A DNA stretch of 64,000 nt from an uncultured Hungatella sp. (GTDB lineage Bacteria > Bacillota > Clostridia > Lachnospirales > Lachnospiraceae). Numbering within the stretch: position 1 is the stretch's first letter; each line of letters opens with the position of its first letter. Positions 26,851-35,702 of this stretch are shown here, piece after piece. The stretch is from assembly GCA_947066955.1 (NCBI GenBank), contig CAMTAF010000004.1, positions 484 through 64,483 on the forward strand, given 5' to 3'. The notes beneath the pieces are model-generated. The model was not told where the DNA came from. It made no database searches and saw only the letters and a program-made list of their open reading frames with translations. Position numbers and translations under genes: made by a program.

Positions 26851-27004
26851 GGTCTTTCTTCTCCTTTTTCGATTGCATTTTATTTACCTCTTAATCATAC
26901 TTCATCTTCCTTGATTACGCAACCTGTTCACAGCCTCGGGAATTTATCACGCCATGAAGCGCGGGCAGTACAAAAGCAGTTATGTTATGTTTTGTTTTCC
27001 TCTC

Positions 27005-27979
27005 TTAACCCAGGTACTCACGGAAGAATCCTTCCAGCTTGTCAAACGGGATCACGTCCAACCGGTCATAGAGGTCGGTGTGGACAGCGCCGGGGATGAT
27101 CAGCAGCTCCTTGTTCTCGCCGGTCAGCAGAGCGAAGGCATCCTTGCTAAAATAGCAGGAATGGGCCTTCTCGCCGTGCATTACCAGGACAGCGCTGCGG
27201 ATCTCACCGGCATACTGCAAGATGGGCATATTGAAGAAGGACATACAGCCGGTCACATTCCAGCCACCATTGGAGTTCAGAGACCGGGCGTGATATCCGC
27301 GGCTGGTCTTATAGTAGTCGTGGTAGTCCTTCACATAAAAGGGCGCGTCCTCCGGAACCAAATCAGGCAGACCGCCGGCCAGGGCATATTCGCCGCTCTT
27401 GTAGTCCTCGACCCTCTGGGCGTTCATGGCCTTTCGCTTTTCATAGCGGGCCTCCTCGCTGTCCTCAGCATCGAAGTATCCCTTGGCATTCACACGGGTC
27501 ATATCGTACATGGTGGAGGCAACGGTGGCCTTGATCCGGGTGTCGATCGCCGCCGCGTTCAAAGCCATGCCTCCCCATCCGCAGATACCGATAATGCCAA
27601 TCCTCTCCGGATCCACATTGTCCTGGACGGACAGGAAATCCACCGCTGCCTGGAAGTCCTCGGTATTGATGTCCGGGGAAGCCATATAGCGGGGAGTACC
27701 GCCGCTCTCACCGGTGAAGGAGGGGTCAAAGGCGATGGTCAGGAATCCCCGCTCCGCCATGGTCTGGGCGTACAGCCCAGCGGCCTGCTCCTTTACCGCG
27801 CCGAAGGGGCCGCAGACGGCGATGGCGGGCAGCTTCCCGGTCTGGCCCTTGGGGGCGTAGAGGTCCGCGGCCAGGGTGATGCCATATCGGTTGTGGAAAG
27901 TCACCTTGTTGTGGTCCACCTTCTCGCTTTTGGGGAAGGTCTTATCCCATTCCTGGGTTAAAGTCAGCTTTTCTTTCAT
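27005..27979 (-). CDS. Alpha/beta hydrolase (YcjY / S15-like)
   Basis: GPFGAVKEQ, FDPSFTGESGG, nucleophile elbow GICGWGG, HGEKAHS, GAVHTDLYD. Confidence 0.88.
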   Translation of the reverse strand: MKEKLTLTQEWDKTFPKSEKVDHNKVTFHNRYGITLAADLYAPKGQTGKLPAIAVCGPFGAVKEQAAGLYAQTMAERGFLTIAFDPSFTGESGGTPRYMASPDINTEDFQAAVDFLSVQDNVDPERIGIIGICGWGGMALNAAAIDTRIKATVASTMYDMTRVNAKGYFDAEDSEEARYEKRKAMNAQRVEDYKSGEYALAGGLPDLVPEDAPFYVKDYHDYYKTSRGYHARSLNSNGGWNVTGCMSFFNMPILQYAGEIRSAVLVMHGEKAHSCYFSKDAFALLTGENKELLIIPGAVHTDLYDRLDVIPFDKLEGFFREYLG

Positions 27980-28005
27980 GATAATTACTCCTTTTTCTGT
28001 TAATT

Positions 28006-28242
28006 TTATGGCTGTTGATCCTTATCCATCTTGTAAACGAGGTAGTCCAGACAGTCGATCTTCTTTTGTTCCGCATGAACCGCGTCCAGCAGCGTCCTCC
28101 TGTGTGTGGCAAGAATCCTCTTCATCTCTGCGGTATTTTTCCTCTGAACCAAGTCCATGCACCTCTGAATGATCTCTTGACTGCATCCGGCGTCAATAAG
28201 ATTTTGGCGGAGGATGCCTTTTGTATCCGATGCTTCCGGCAC
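28006..28242 (-). CDS. Small conserved hypothetical protein
   Basis: SD GGAGGTG then GTG; NLIDAGCS...HRRTLLDAVH...IDCLDYL. Confidence 0.6.
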   Translation of the reverse strand: MPEASDTKGILRQNLIDAGCSQEIIQRCMDLVQRKNTAEMKRILATHRRTLLDAVHAEQKKIDCLDYLVYKMDKDQQP

Positions 28243-28368
28243 GTTCTCACCTCCCTTATGGCAAGAGTATAATACCCCTCTTCTGAAATAGCAAATACCC
28301 ATTTTCTATTTCAAGATATTCTTGTAAGGAATAGCTGGACCTGCTATACTGGAGCCGGAGGTGTCATC

Positions 28369-29265
28369 ATGGAATTAAGAGTTTTGCGGTATTTCCTGGA
28401 AGCTGCCCACGAGGGCAACATCACCCATGCGGCAGAACGGCTTCACATATCCCAGCCCACATTGTCAAAGCAGTTGAAAGAGCTGGAAGGAGAGCTTGGA
28501 AAAAAACTGTTTATCCGGGGCAATTATAATGTCCGTCTAACCGATGAAGGGATGCTGCTGCGAAAACGGGCTGAAGATATTCTGGATATGGTCGAAAAAA
28601 CGGAAGAGGAATTCAAATCTCTGGGGGAAATCACTGGCGGAGATGTTCGGATCGGCTGTGCGGAATCGGACGGAATAAAGTATCTCGCCCAGCGGGTCAA
28701 GTCGCTGCAAGAAAGGTATCCGCGCTTCCGGCTCCATCTGTATAGCGGCAACACAGAAGATGTGGAGGAACGGCTGGATCGTGGATTGCTGGATTTCGCT
28801 GTCCTGGCTCAGGAAGTAGATCTGTCCAGGTACAACTATTTGAAGATGCCTGAGTCCGATACCTGGGGCGTCGTTATGCGAAAGGACAGCCCCCTTGCAG
28901 AAAAAGAAACTGTCCGTATGAAAGATTTATTGAACCTGCCTCTGATTTGCTCCAGACAGGGGATTACAGAGGACTATCCAAGGTGGTTTGGGGAAAAAAT
29001 CGACACCCTCAACATTGTCGCAACTTTCAATCTGGCGTATAATGCCGGTGTTCTGGTCCGGGAGGGGATCGGGTATCTTATCACATTCGATAAACTGATC
29101 AATACCGGCGCGGACAGCGAGCTGTGCTTCCGCCCGTTAGCGCCAATGCTGGAGACAAAACTATATTTTGTCTGGAAAAAATATCAGGTGTTTACGCCGG
29201 CGGCGGAGCTGCTGCTCAATGAGATGCGTCAGCACTTTGACAGTTCCTTTGGAAGCGATGCATAA
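28369..29265 (+). CDS. LysR family transcriptional regulator
   Basis: MELRVLRYFL...AAERLHISQPTLSKQLKELE. Confidence 0.95.
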   Translation: MELRVLRYFLEAAHEGNITHAAERLHISQPTLSKQLKELEGELGKKLFIRGNYNVRLTDEGMLLRKRAEDILDMVEKTEEEFKSLGEITGGDVRIGCAESDGIKYLAQRVKSLQERYPRFRLHLYSGNTEDVEERLDRGLLDFAVLAQEVDLSRYNYLKMPESDTWGVVMRKDSPLAEKETVRMKDLLNLPLICSRQGITEDYPRWFGEKIDTLNIVATFNLAYNAGVLVREGIGYLITFDKLINTGADSELCFRPLAPMLETKLYFVWKKYQVFTPAAELLLNEMRQHFDSSFGSDA

Positions 29266-29273
29266 GTGTAAAA

Positions 29274-29294
29274 TGGCGGGGAACTTCCCCGCCA
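29274..29294. terminator. Hairpin between convergent lysR and AAA ATPase
   Basis: TGGCGGGGA-ACT-TCCCCGCCA. Confidence 0.6.
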
Positions 29295-29302
29295 GATTTG
29301 GT

Positions 29303-30922
29303 CTAATTTTTAACTTGAGAAATTTCTACTTTACACCGGTGCTTTTTTGTAGTTTTCTCATAACTAATTCCCACCAGCAGAATCTTCCCCGTATACACAG
29401 GCTCCTCCCCTGTCTTCCCCCTAAACCGCAGGTCATATTTTTTCTCTTTTATCTGAGCGAGCGCCTCCTCCGGCGTGCTGTCAACCTTCAGTTCCAGGAT
29501 GATTGCGTCAAGGCTTCTGTCATATTTTGGGTAAAAGATAAAGTCCACATAGCCGATGCCTGACTTATCTTCCCTCTGAACATCATACTGATCCCTGGCC
29601 GAAAGGTAGATCAGATTTACCACAGCGGTGAGCTCTGTCTCATGGTTATAAGTCAAAAGAGGGCTTTCTGTGTTGTGGGCATATTCTAAGATCTCTTCCA
29701 TCACCTTTGTGTTGCCGGTTATGGTCGCGTTCAGCATGCGGTCCGACGCCCTGGCCAGACGGTAAACATATCCCAGATCCTCCTCTTTCCTCAGCATCTC
29801 CTCAAACTTGCCCATTAACTCTCTGTTAGGAATACACACCTTTCCATTGTCATAACTCAAAAAACCATATACCACCATGGCGGAAAAGATCTCATCCTTT
29901 GTGACCAGTCTCATGGAGGTGGCGGCGTACTCCTTTATCCGGGTGGGAACAGCCTCCCCCGATATCATGAGGGCCAGGTCATCTCTGACCTCATTTACAT
30001 TGTTTTTTACGTAAAAGTACAGTTCGTCATAGGGCCCTGAACTGGTCCAATAGTTTCCCAGGTTATCATTGGTCAGAGCCGCCACTACGGAGCGGGGATT
30101 GTACAGCCTCTCCCCTGACCGGGTATGATATCCGTCATACCACTCCTTTAACCCCTGCCTTGTTATCCCGGTGTCGGTCCTGTTTTTTCGGTAAGTTTCA
30201 TACAGAACATCAACCTCTTTTTCCGTAAACCCAAAATAGCTGTCAAAAGTTTTTTCCGTAGCCATATTATATTCCAAAAACATGTTCAGCTCGGAACCGC
30301 TTGAGTATTTCGAGATGGGCAGAATCCCTGTCATATACGCAAGGGACACATATGTCCGGCCTTTTAAAAGCAGTCTGAGAAAATTAAGATATTCTTTTTT
30401 ATCTCTCTCACTGATAAAGTCTTTATGAAAAATGCTGTCCCATTCATCCAGTATAAAGATAAATTTCTCACCTGTCTCCAGGCTGATCCATTTCAGATCT
30501 TCAAACAGAGAAGCGTTGGCCCTGAATGGCACTGTCTTGTATTCTCCCCGCAGGTCCCCCTTTAATATGGTCTGTATCTCAGAAATATACTGACTGTAAC
30601 TGTCGAAATCGCCCACTGCGCTGAAATCAATATAGATCACATTGTACTGATTCCGATGTTTCTCATAAGCCGGTGATTGGGAAATACAAAGCTTATCAAA
30701 AAGATCCCCGGAATCACATGCTTTGGAAAAAAAGGCGCCTAACATAGAGGCCATAACAGTTTTTCCAAACCGTCTAGGACGGGTAACGCAGATATATTTT
30801 TCCGTGATTCCGATCCGGGGAATCATCTCATCAATCATCTGGGTCTTGTCAACAAAGTACGGATTTCTCACCATCTCCTGATACATGGAGTAAGGCTCGC
30901 TGTTGTTTAGATAAAATCCCAT
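29303..30922 (-). CDS. AAA-ATPase-like protein with C-terminal PD-(D/E)XK nuclease
   Basis: YFVDKT, RPRRFGKT, ILDEWD, WYDGY, GYVDF...ILELK...ALAQIKEKKY. Confidence 0.88.
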   Translation of the reverse strand: MGFYLNNSEPYSMYQEMVRNPYFVDKTQMIDEMIPRIGITEKYICVTRPRRFGKTVMASMLGAFFSKACDSGDLFDKLCISQSPAYEKHRNQYNVIYIDFSAVGDFDSYSQYISEIQTILKGDLRGEYKTVPFRANASLFEDLKWISLETGEKFIFILDEWDSIFHKDFISERDKKEYLNFLRLLLKGRTYVSLAYMTGILPISKYSSGSELNMFLEYNMATEKTFDSYFGFTEKEVDVLYETYRKNRTDTGITRQGLKEWYDGYHTRSGERLYNPRSVVAALTNDNLGNYWTSSGPYDELYFYVKNNVNEVRDDLALMISGEAVPTRIKEYAATSMRLVTKDEIFSAMVVYGFLSYDNGKVCIPNRELMGKFEEMLRKEEDLGYVYRLARASDRMLNATITGNTKVMEEILEYAHNTESPLLTYNHETELTAVVNLIYLSARDQYDVQREDKSGIGYVDFIFYPKYDRSLDAIILELKVDSTPEEALAQIKEKKYDLRFRGKTGEEPVYTGKILLVGISYEKTTKKHRCKVEISQVKN

Positions 30923-30949
30923 TCCTGCCACCTCCCCGGGGAACTGCTG

Positions 30950-31729
30950 TTAAGGGCGAAGGCCCATGCCTCCCTCCAGGGTAATGGTCTCGCCGGACAT
31001 ATACTTAAAGTCCGGGGAGCCTAAGTGCACACATACCCGTCCGATCTCTTTCTCCGGATCTCCGAACCTTCCCATGGGAACGGCTTTTAAGTTCTTCTCA
31101 TAGGCCTCTGGGTAGGATGCCTTGAAATTCTCCAGCTGGGAGGTCATGGCCAGGGGGCACACCACATTTACATTGATGTTATCCTTGCCCCACTCTGTGG
31201 CAGCTACCCTGGATAATCCCCTGATGCCCTCCTTGGCGGCCGCATAGGAGCACTGCCCCGCGTTGCCGAAGAGGCCTGCCCCGGACGCGAAGTTGATGAC
31301 AGAGCCTTGGGTTTCTTTCAGATACGGATAACACTCTCTCATGTAATAAAATGTGGCATAGAGCCCGGAATAGATGCCCAGATCAAAATGATCTCTGGTC
31401 TGCATGGACAGAGGAATCCCGGAAGCCGAGGCCTGGGCATTATTGATCAGAACATCGATGCGCCCAAAGGTCTCTATGGTCTCTTTCACCACTGCCTTCA
31501 CCCGCTCCTCCGACTCATCGTCCGGAGTCACCTCGGCCTGCAGGGCCAGCACCTTAATGCCGTACAGCCTCTCTAACTCCTCCTTGGCATCCAGAAGCTT
31601 CTGTTCGTTGCGCCCGGTCAGCGTCAAGTTCGCTCCCTCCTTGGCGTAAGCCACCGCGATACCGTAGCCGATGGATTTCGCCTTTCCTCCTCCTGTGATG
31701 ATAGCTGTTTTTCCGTCAAAAATTCCCAT
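30950..31729 (-). CDS. SDR oxidoreductase, probable bile-acid 12alpha-hydroxysteroid dehydrogenase
   Basis: N-terminus (M)GIFDGKTAIITGGGKAKSIGYGIAVAYAK closely matches my recollection of Clostridium group P 12alpha-HSDH (MIFDGKVAIITGGGKAKSIGYGIAVAYAK); NNAQ, YAAAK. Confidence 0.8.
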   Translation of the reverse strand: MGIFDGKTAIITGGGKAKSIGYGIAVAYAKEGANLTLTGRNEQKLLDAKEELERLYGIKVLALQAEVTPDDESEERVKAVVKETIETFGRIDVLINNAQASASGIPLSMQTRDHFDLGIYSGLYATFYYMRECYPYLKETQGSVINFASGAGLFGNAGQCSYAAAKEGIRGLSRVAATEWGKDNINVNVVCPLAMTSQLENFKASYPEAYEKNLKAVPMGRFGDPEKEIGRVCVHLGSPDFKYMSGETITLEGGMGLRP

Positions 31730-31955
31730 TTTCGTGTGTCTCCTTTTCTATATTTTCAGGACCAATAATGCCGCTGTTAACTCTCCTGCATCCTGTACAT
31801 TTTTCCCGGATCCAGGCTGAGAATTCACCGTCGTCTTATTTTCCACGGCGAAGATCTCTTTGCGACCTATTGTAACACAGCCTTTTCACACTGTCCATGG
31901 GTGTTTGACAGTGAATCACGCCAGTCAATCACACATCCAGTCAGCGGCCGCGCCG

Positions 31956-32363
31956 TCACTCATCCTCCTGGTCCTCCGAGGCCTGGTACTCATTGACATA
32001 GACCAGATGATTTCTGGATTCCTCCACGATCTGCCGGATCTGCTGCCGGGTGAGGCAGGGTTCCTCCGGCTGCAGGGCCAGGCTTAAAGCGCAGGGAAGA
32101 TTGATGCCGCTGATCAAGTGTCTGTGCTCCGACATGTAGGGGCAGAACTTCTGGTTTACGCTGCCTCCCAGCATGTCGGTCATGATGATCACCTCGTCCT
32201 CCGGGGCAAAGGAGGCGAAGACCCGGGCGATCTGTTCTTCCACGTCGCTGTCATCCATGTAGGCGCTGATGTCCGTGATATTGTCCTTGCAGGTGAGAAA
32301 TTCCAAGGTGTCCCGGAGGCCCTGGGCCAGCAGATGATGGGAACCGATCACAAATCTTCTCAT
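31956..32363 (-). CDS. PTS mannose-family EIIA
   Basis: IGSHH, MTDMLGGSV, ISGINLP. Confidence 0.9.
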   Translation of the reverse strand: MRRFVIGSHHLLAQGLRDTLEFLTCKDNITDISAYMDDSDVEEQIARVFASFAPEDEVIIMTDMLGGSVNQKFCPYMSEHRHLISGINLPCALSLALQPEEPCLTRQQIRQIVEESRNHLVYVNEYQASEDQEDE

Positions 32364-33598
32364 ACACAGTCCTCCCTGATTTTTTTCACCATCTGCTCCA
32401 CATATTCCTCCGCCTCCCCCTGGGGGAATGGGGTGGACATACTCTCATATCCTTTGCCGAACTCATCCTTTTCCACGATATACCCGGCGCTGTAGTTGGC
32501 GTATCCCCACACCAGCCTCACGGGGGCTTTCATGTTTTCTTTCATGGTCATGCCGAAGGTGGAGAACAGCTCTCCCGGCACCGTGGCGATCTCCAAGTCT
32601 CCCAGGTGGAAGATCTGAGATTCCAGGGTCACGTCCACTTGTCCCTGTTCCATTTTTCGCTTCATCTGGCGGATGCCGGACCACAGGAGTTTTTTCTGGT
32701 CCTCGTCAGCGGCCGCATCTAACTTCTTCTGATCTTCCTCAATCTGAGCGCGGAGGGCCTCCCTGTCGTAGGTGTGCCGGATATGGTAGTCCATGGTTTT
32801 TACTCCCTGGACTTTCAGCTCCATGGGCCGCTCCTCCTGCCCCATCTCGCGGATCTGGTCCATAATCTGGTCCCGGACCCGCCACAGCTCCCTCTCGTCA
32901 TTGCCCTGACGGTATTGGCGGTTTCCCATATCCCCGCAGGCCCCCTGCATGGTGATGAAGGTGGTCTGATACCGCTCATCCAGAGCCTTGCCCACATTTC
33001 CCAGAAGGTCGGAGCTGATCTTCATATTGTGGATTCCCAGAACCGTGGGGTGGCAGCTGAAATGGAAGATGCCTGCCACCACATGGTTCTCATTGCGAAA
33101 CAGGATCAGGTTCACATCCTTGTCGCTGGGCTTGTCCTTATAATTCCGGTTGCCGTAGACCCCCTCTATGGTTCCCCGCACCCCACAGGGGGTCACCGGG
33201 AGGAATCCCCGGTCAAAGCACTCGTCGGCTGCCTCGAAGATCTGCCCCATGCAGAATTCCCGGTAGATTGCCTTGCGCCTGTTCCGGTCTTCCCCCTCAT
33301 CCTCGAAGCTGATGTCCGGGCCCGAGTGGGTATGTATGGTGGAAATGACGATATGCTCCCGCGGAATCGAATATTTTGCAGCCAGGACCCGGCGGGGATA
33401 GTCGGAGATCTCCTTCTCCAGTCTGCACAGATCCAGGGTGATCCATAAAAATACCTGTCCGTCAATCTTCAGCGCCAGCGCCCTGCAATAAAGCGGGTCC
33501 AGCACGCCGATGGATTTGCCTGTACGCATGGCATAACCCCGCATATACATGGGAAACTTTGGGGTAATGTCCCGTTTTGCCGCACTTACTTCAACCAT
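32360..33598 (-). CDS. Neutral/alkaline ceramidase-like amidohydrolase
   Basis: MRGY, DPLYCRAL, IHTHSGP, FSCHPT, QGACGD, PGELF, GYAN. Confidence 0.75.
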   Translation of the reverse strand: MVEVSAAKRDITPKFPMYMRGYAMRTGKSIGVLDPLYCRALALKIDGQVFLWITLDLCRLEKEISDYPRRVLAAKYSIPREHIVISTIHTHSGPDISFEDEGEDRNRRKAIYREFCMGQIFEAADECFDRGFLPVTPCGVRGTIEGVYGNRNYKDKPSDKDVNLILFRNENHVVAGIFHFSCHPTVLGIHNMKISSDLLGNVGKALDERYQTTFITMQGACGDMGNRQYRQGNDERELWRVRDQIMDQIREMGQEERPMELKVQGVKTMDYHIRHTYDREALRAQIEEDQKKLDAAADEDQKKLLWSGIRQMKRKMEQGQVDVTLESQIFHLGDLEIATVPGELFSTFGMTMKENMKAPVRLVWGYANYSAGYIVEKDEFGKGYESMSTPFPQGEAEEYVEQMVKKIREDCV

Positions 33599-33629
33599 TT
33601 TCTTTTCCTTTCTTTCACGTCCAGTTGTT

Positions 33630-34430
33630 TTATGCCAAGATGCCCAGCGCGGAGCAGATCATGGAAAATACGATAACGATGAGGATGATGGTGGTCACCT
33701 TCATTCCCTTTCTGCCTATGAGCTTGTAGAGAGCCCACACTGCCAGCACGGAGATCATGGATGGGAGGATCTTGTCAAGCAGGTCCCCAAGAGGCATGCT
33801 GATCTCTCCCATCTGGAACACCAGAGGCGTCTTGGCGGTCACCACAGTGGCGGCCAGAGCGCCCACAACGGTGAGCCCCAGGACGGAAGCGGCGTCGGTG
33901 ATCTGGGCGATGCGGTTGCCGAACTTGGTGATCAGCTTGGTTCCCTCTTTGTAGCCGATCCACATCAGTTGGGTGCGGATTCCGATGAAGATTAAGTTGG
34001 TGAGGAGCCACAGGAATACGCCTACCGGGTTGCCCTCCAGTGCCATATATCCGGCAATAGAACCCATGATGGTGGGAAGCAGGGTCCAGATCAGGGTGTC
34101 GCCGATCCCTGCCAAGGGGCCCATAAGGCTGACCTTGATGTTCTGAACCGCGTCGCAGGCGCTGATTCCCTCTTTGTCCTCCAGCGCCAAGGTAGCGCCG
34201 AACACCAGGTTGGCTGCCCACGGGTGGGTATTGAAATATTTAAAATGGTTGTTCAATGCCTCAACATAATCGTCGTCATCGGGATAGATTTTCCTAAGAA
34301 GAGGCCCGATGCCGAATACAACCGCCGGAGCCAGCTGGGTGTCATAGTTAAATGTGGTTACTGCCATAAGGGACCAGCGGATAGCGCCTTTCACACAATC
34401 TTTTTTTGTCAAAACAGGTTCTTTACTCAT
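33630..34430 (-). CDS. PTS mannose-family EIID
   Basis: YFNTHP, LMGPLAGIGDT. Confidence 0.93.
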   Translation of the reverse strand: MSKEPVLTKKDCVKGAIRWSLMAVTTFNYDTQLAPAVVFGIGPLLRKIYPDDDDYVEALNNHFKYFNTHPWAANLVFGATLALEDKEGISACDAVQNIKVSLMGPLAGIGDTLIWTLLPTIMGSIAGYMALEGNPVGVFLWLLTNLIFIGIRTQLMWIGYKEGTKLITKFGNRIAQITDAASVLGLTVVGALAATVVTAKTPLVFQMGEISMPLGDLLDKILPSMISVLAVWALYKLIGRKGMKVTTIILIVIVFSMICSALGILA

Positions 34431-35193
34431 CTTCTAATCCTCCTGCAAATCCAACATTTGCTCTTGCTTCATTATCCATATAGAACTTATAGGCCAGGGC
34501 CAGCCCCAAGAGGGCGATTCCCAGCACCGGCATATTTAAGTAAGCGCTCAGCACAAATCCGATGAGAATGTAGTTAAAATATTTCTTCGCCGGCATGTAG
34601 TGGAGCAGCATGGCGATTCCAAGTCCGGGCAGGAGCTTGCCTGCCAGAGACAGACCGCCGGTAACCCAGGCCGGAAGCACATCCAGGATAGCCTGGACCA
34701 GAGGCGCGCCCGCTGTCAGGGCGATGGCCGTGGGAAGAGACATGAATACGGCTACCATCACAGGACACAGATAGAGGATCCTGTACATCTTGTTAAACTG
34801 GCGCTCATTGGCGTATTTCTGGGCCTTCTGGGCGATAAAGGAGTTGCAGATCTTATACAGCACGTCCATCTGGACGCCCAGCATGCCTACGGGAAGTCCG
34901 ATGGTCATGCCCACCTCCGGGCCCTGGCCGGTGGTCTTGGCAAAGGCGCAGGCGATGATGGTGGCAACTCCGTAATCCGGCACAGAGGAGCCGCCCAGAG
35001 CCGCCACGCCCAGAGACATCAGGGTAAAGGTACCGCCGATATACAGGCCGCTGTTCATGTCCCCCAGGATCAGTCCGCACAGGAAACCTACAATCGCCGG
35101 TCTCGCATGTGTCAGAGACAGTCCCCTGCGGTCTAAGTTGATCTCCGCCGCAACCAGTATCAGCAAAATAATTTGCAAAGCAGAAAGTGTCAT
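34423..35193 (-). CDS. PTS mannose-family EIIC
   Basis: ARPAIVG, LGVAALGGSSVPD, LPGLGIAMLL. Confidence 0.92.
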   Translation of the reverse strand: MTLSALQIILLILVAAEINLDRRGLSLTHARPAIVGFLCGLILGDMNSGLYIGGTFTLMSLGVAALGGSSVPDYGVATIIACAFAKTTGQGPEVGMTIGLPVGMLGVQMDVLYKICNSFIAQKAQKYANERQFNKMYRILYLCPVMVAVFMSLPTAIALTAGAPLVQAILDVLPAWVTGGLSLAGKLLPGLGIAMLLHYMPAKKYFNYILIGFVLSAYLNMPVLGIALLGLALAYKFYMDNEARANVGFAGGLEDE

Positions 35194-35216
35194 GTTATTT
35201 TCCTCCTATTTTAGAC

Positions 35217-35702
35217 CTATTTCAGGAATCCGTCCAAGCTGATGACGGAATCCGCCGGAACATACTGGGCATACAGCTTTGTGCCTGAGGCTTTGATCTT
35301 CTTGTAAGCCTCGATCTCCTCGTCGTTGGCATAGGCTCTCTGATATAATTTTACGCTGTGTTCTCCCTCCGCGGGTTTGGTCGTTCCGCCTACCACCAGC
35401 TCCGGGATCTTTACTCCCTCGTCCAGAAGGCGAAGCAGGGTCACAGGACTTTTTACGATGATAAAGACATTGTGGTCATTGTACTTTCCTGCCTTAAAAT
35501 TGTTGACCGCAACCTCCTCCGTGATGATGGAGACCGCCATGCCCGTGGGCCTTGCCAGCTTCATGCTGGCTTTTGTCAGTTCATTGGTTGCCACCGCGTC
35601 GTCGATGATCATGATTCTCTGCGCTCCCGAACGCCCCGCCCATTGGGTGGCAACGATGCCGTGGAGCAGACGGTTGTCAATTCTTGCTAAAACAACTCCC
35701 AT
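35217..35702 (-). CDS. PTS mannose-family EIIB
   Basis: ARIDNRLLHGIVATQW phospho-His motif. Confidence 0.93.
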   Translation of the reverse strand: MGVVLARIDNRLLHGIVATQWAGRSGAQRIMIIDDAVATNELTKASMKLARPTGMAVSIITEEVAVNNFKAGKYNDHNVFIIVKSPVTLLRLLDEGVKIPELVVGGTTKPAEGEHSVKLYQRAYANDEEIEAYKKIKASGTKLYAQYVPADSVISLDGFLK

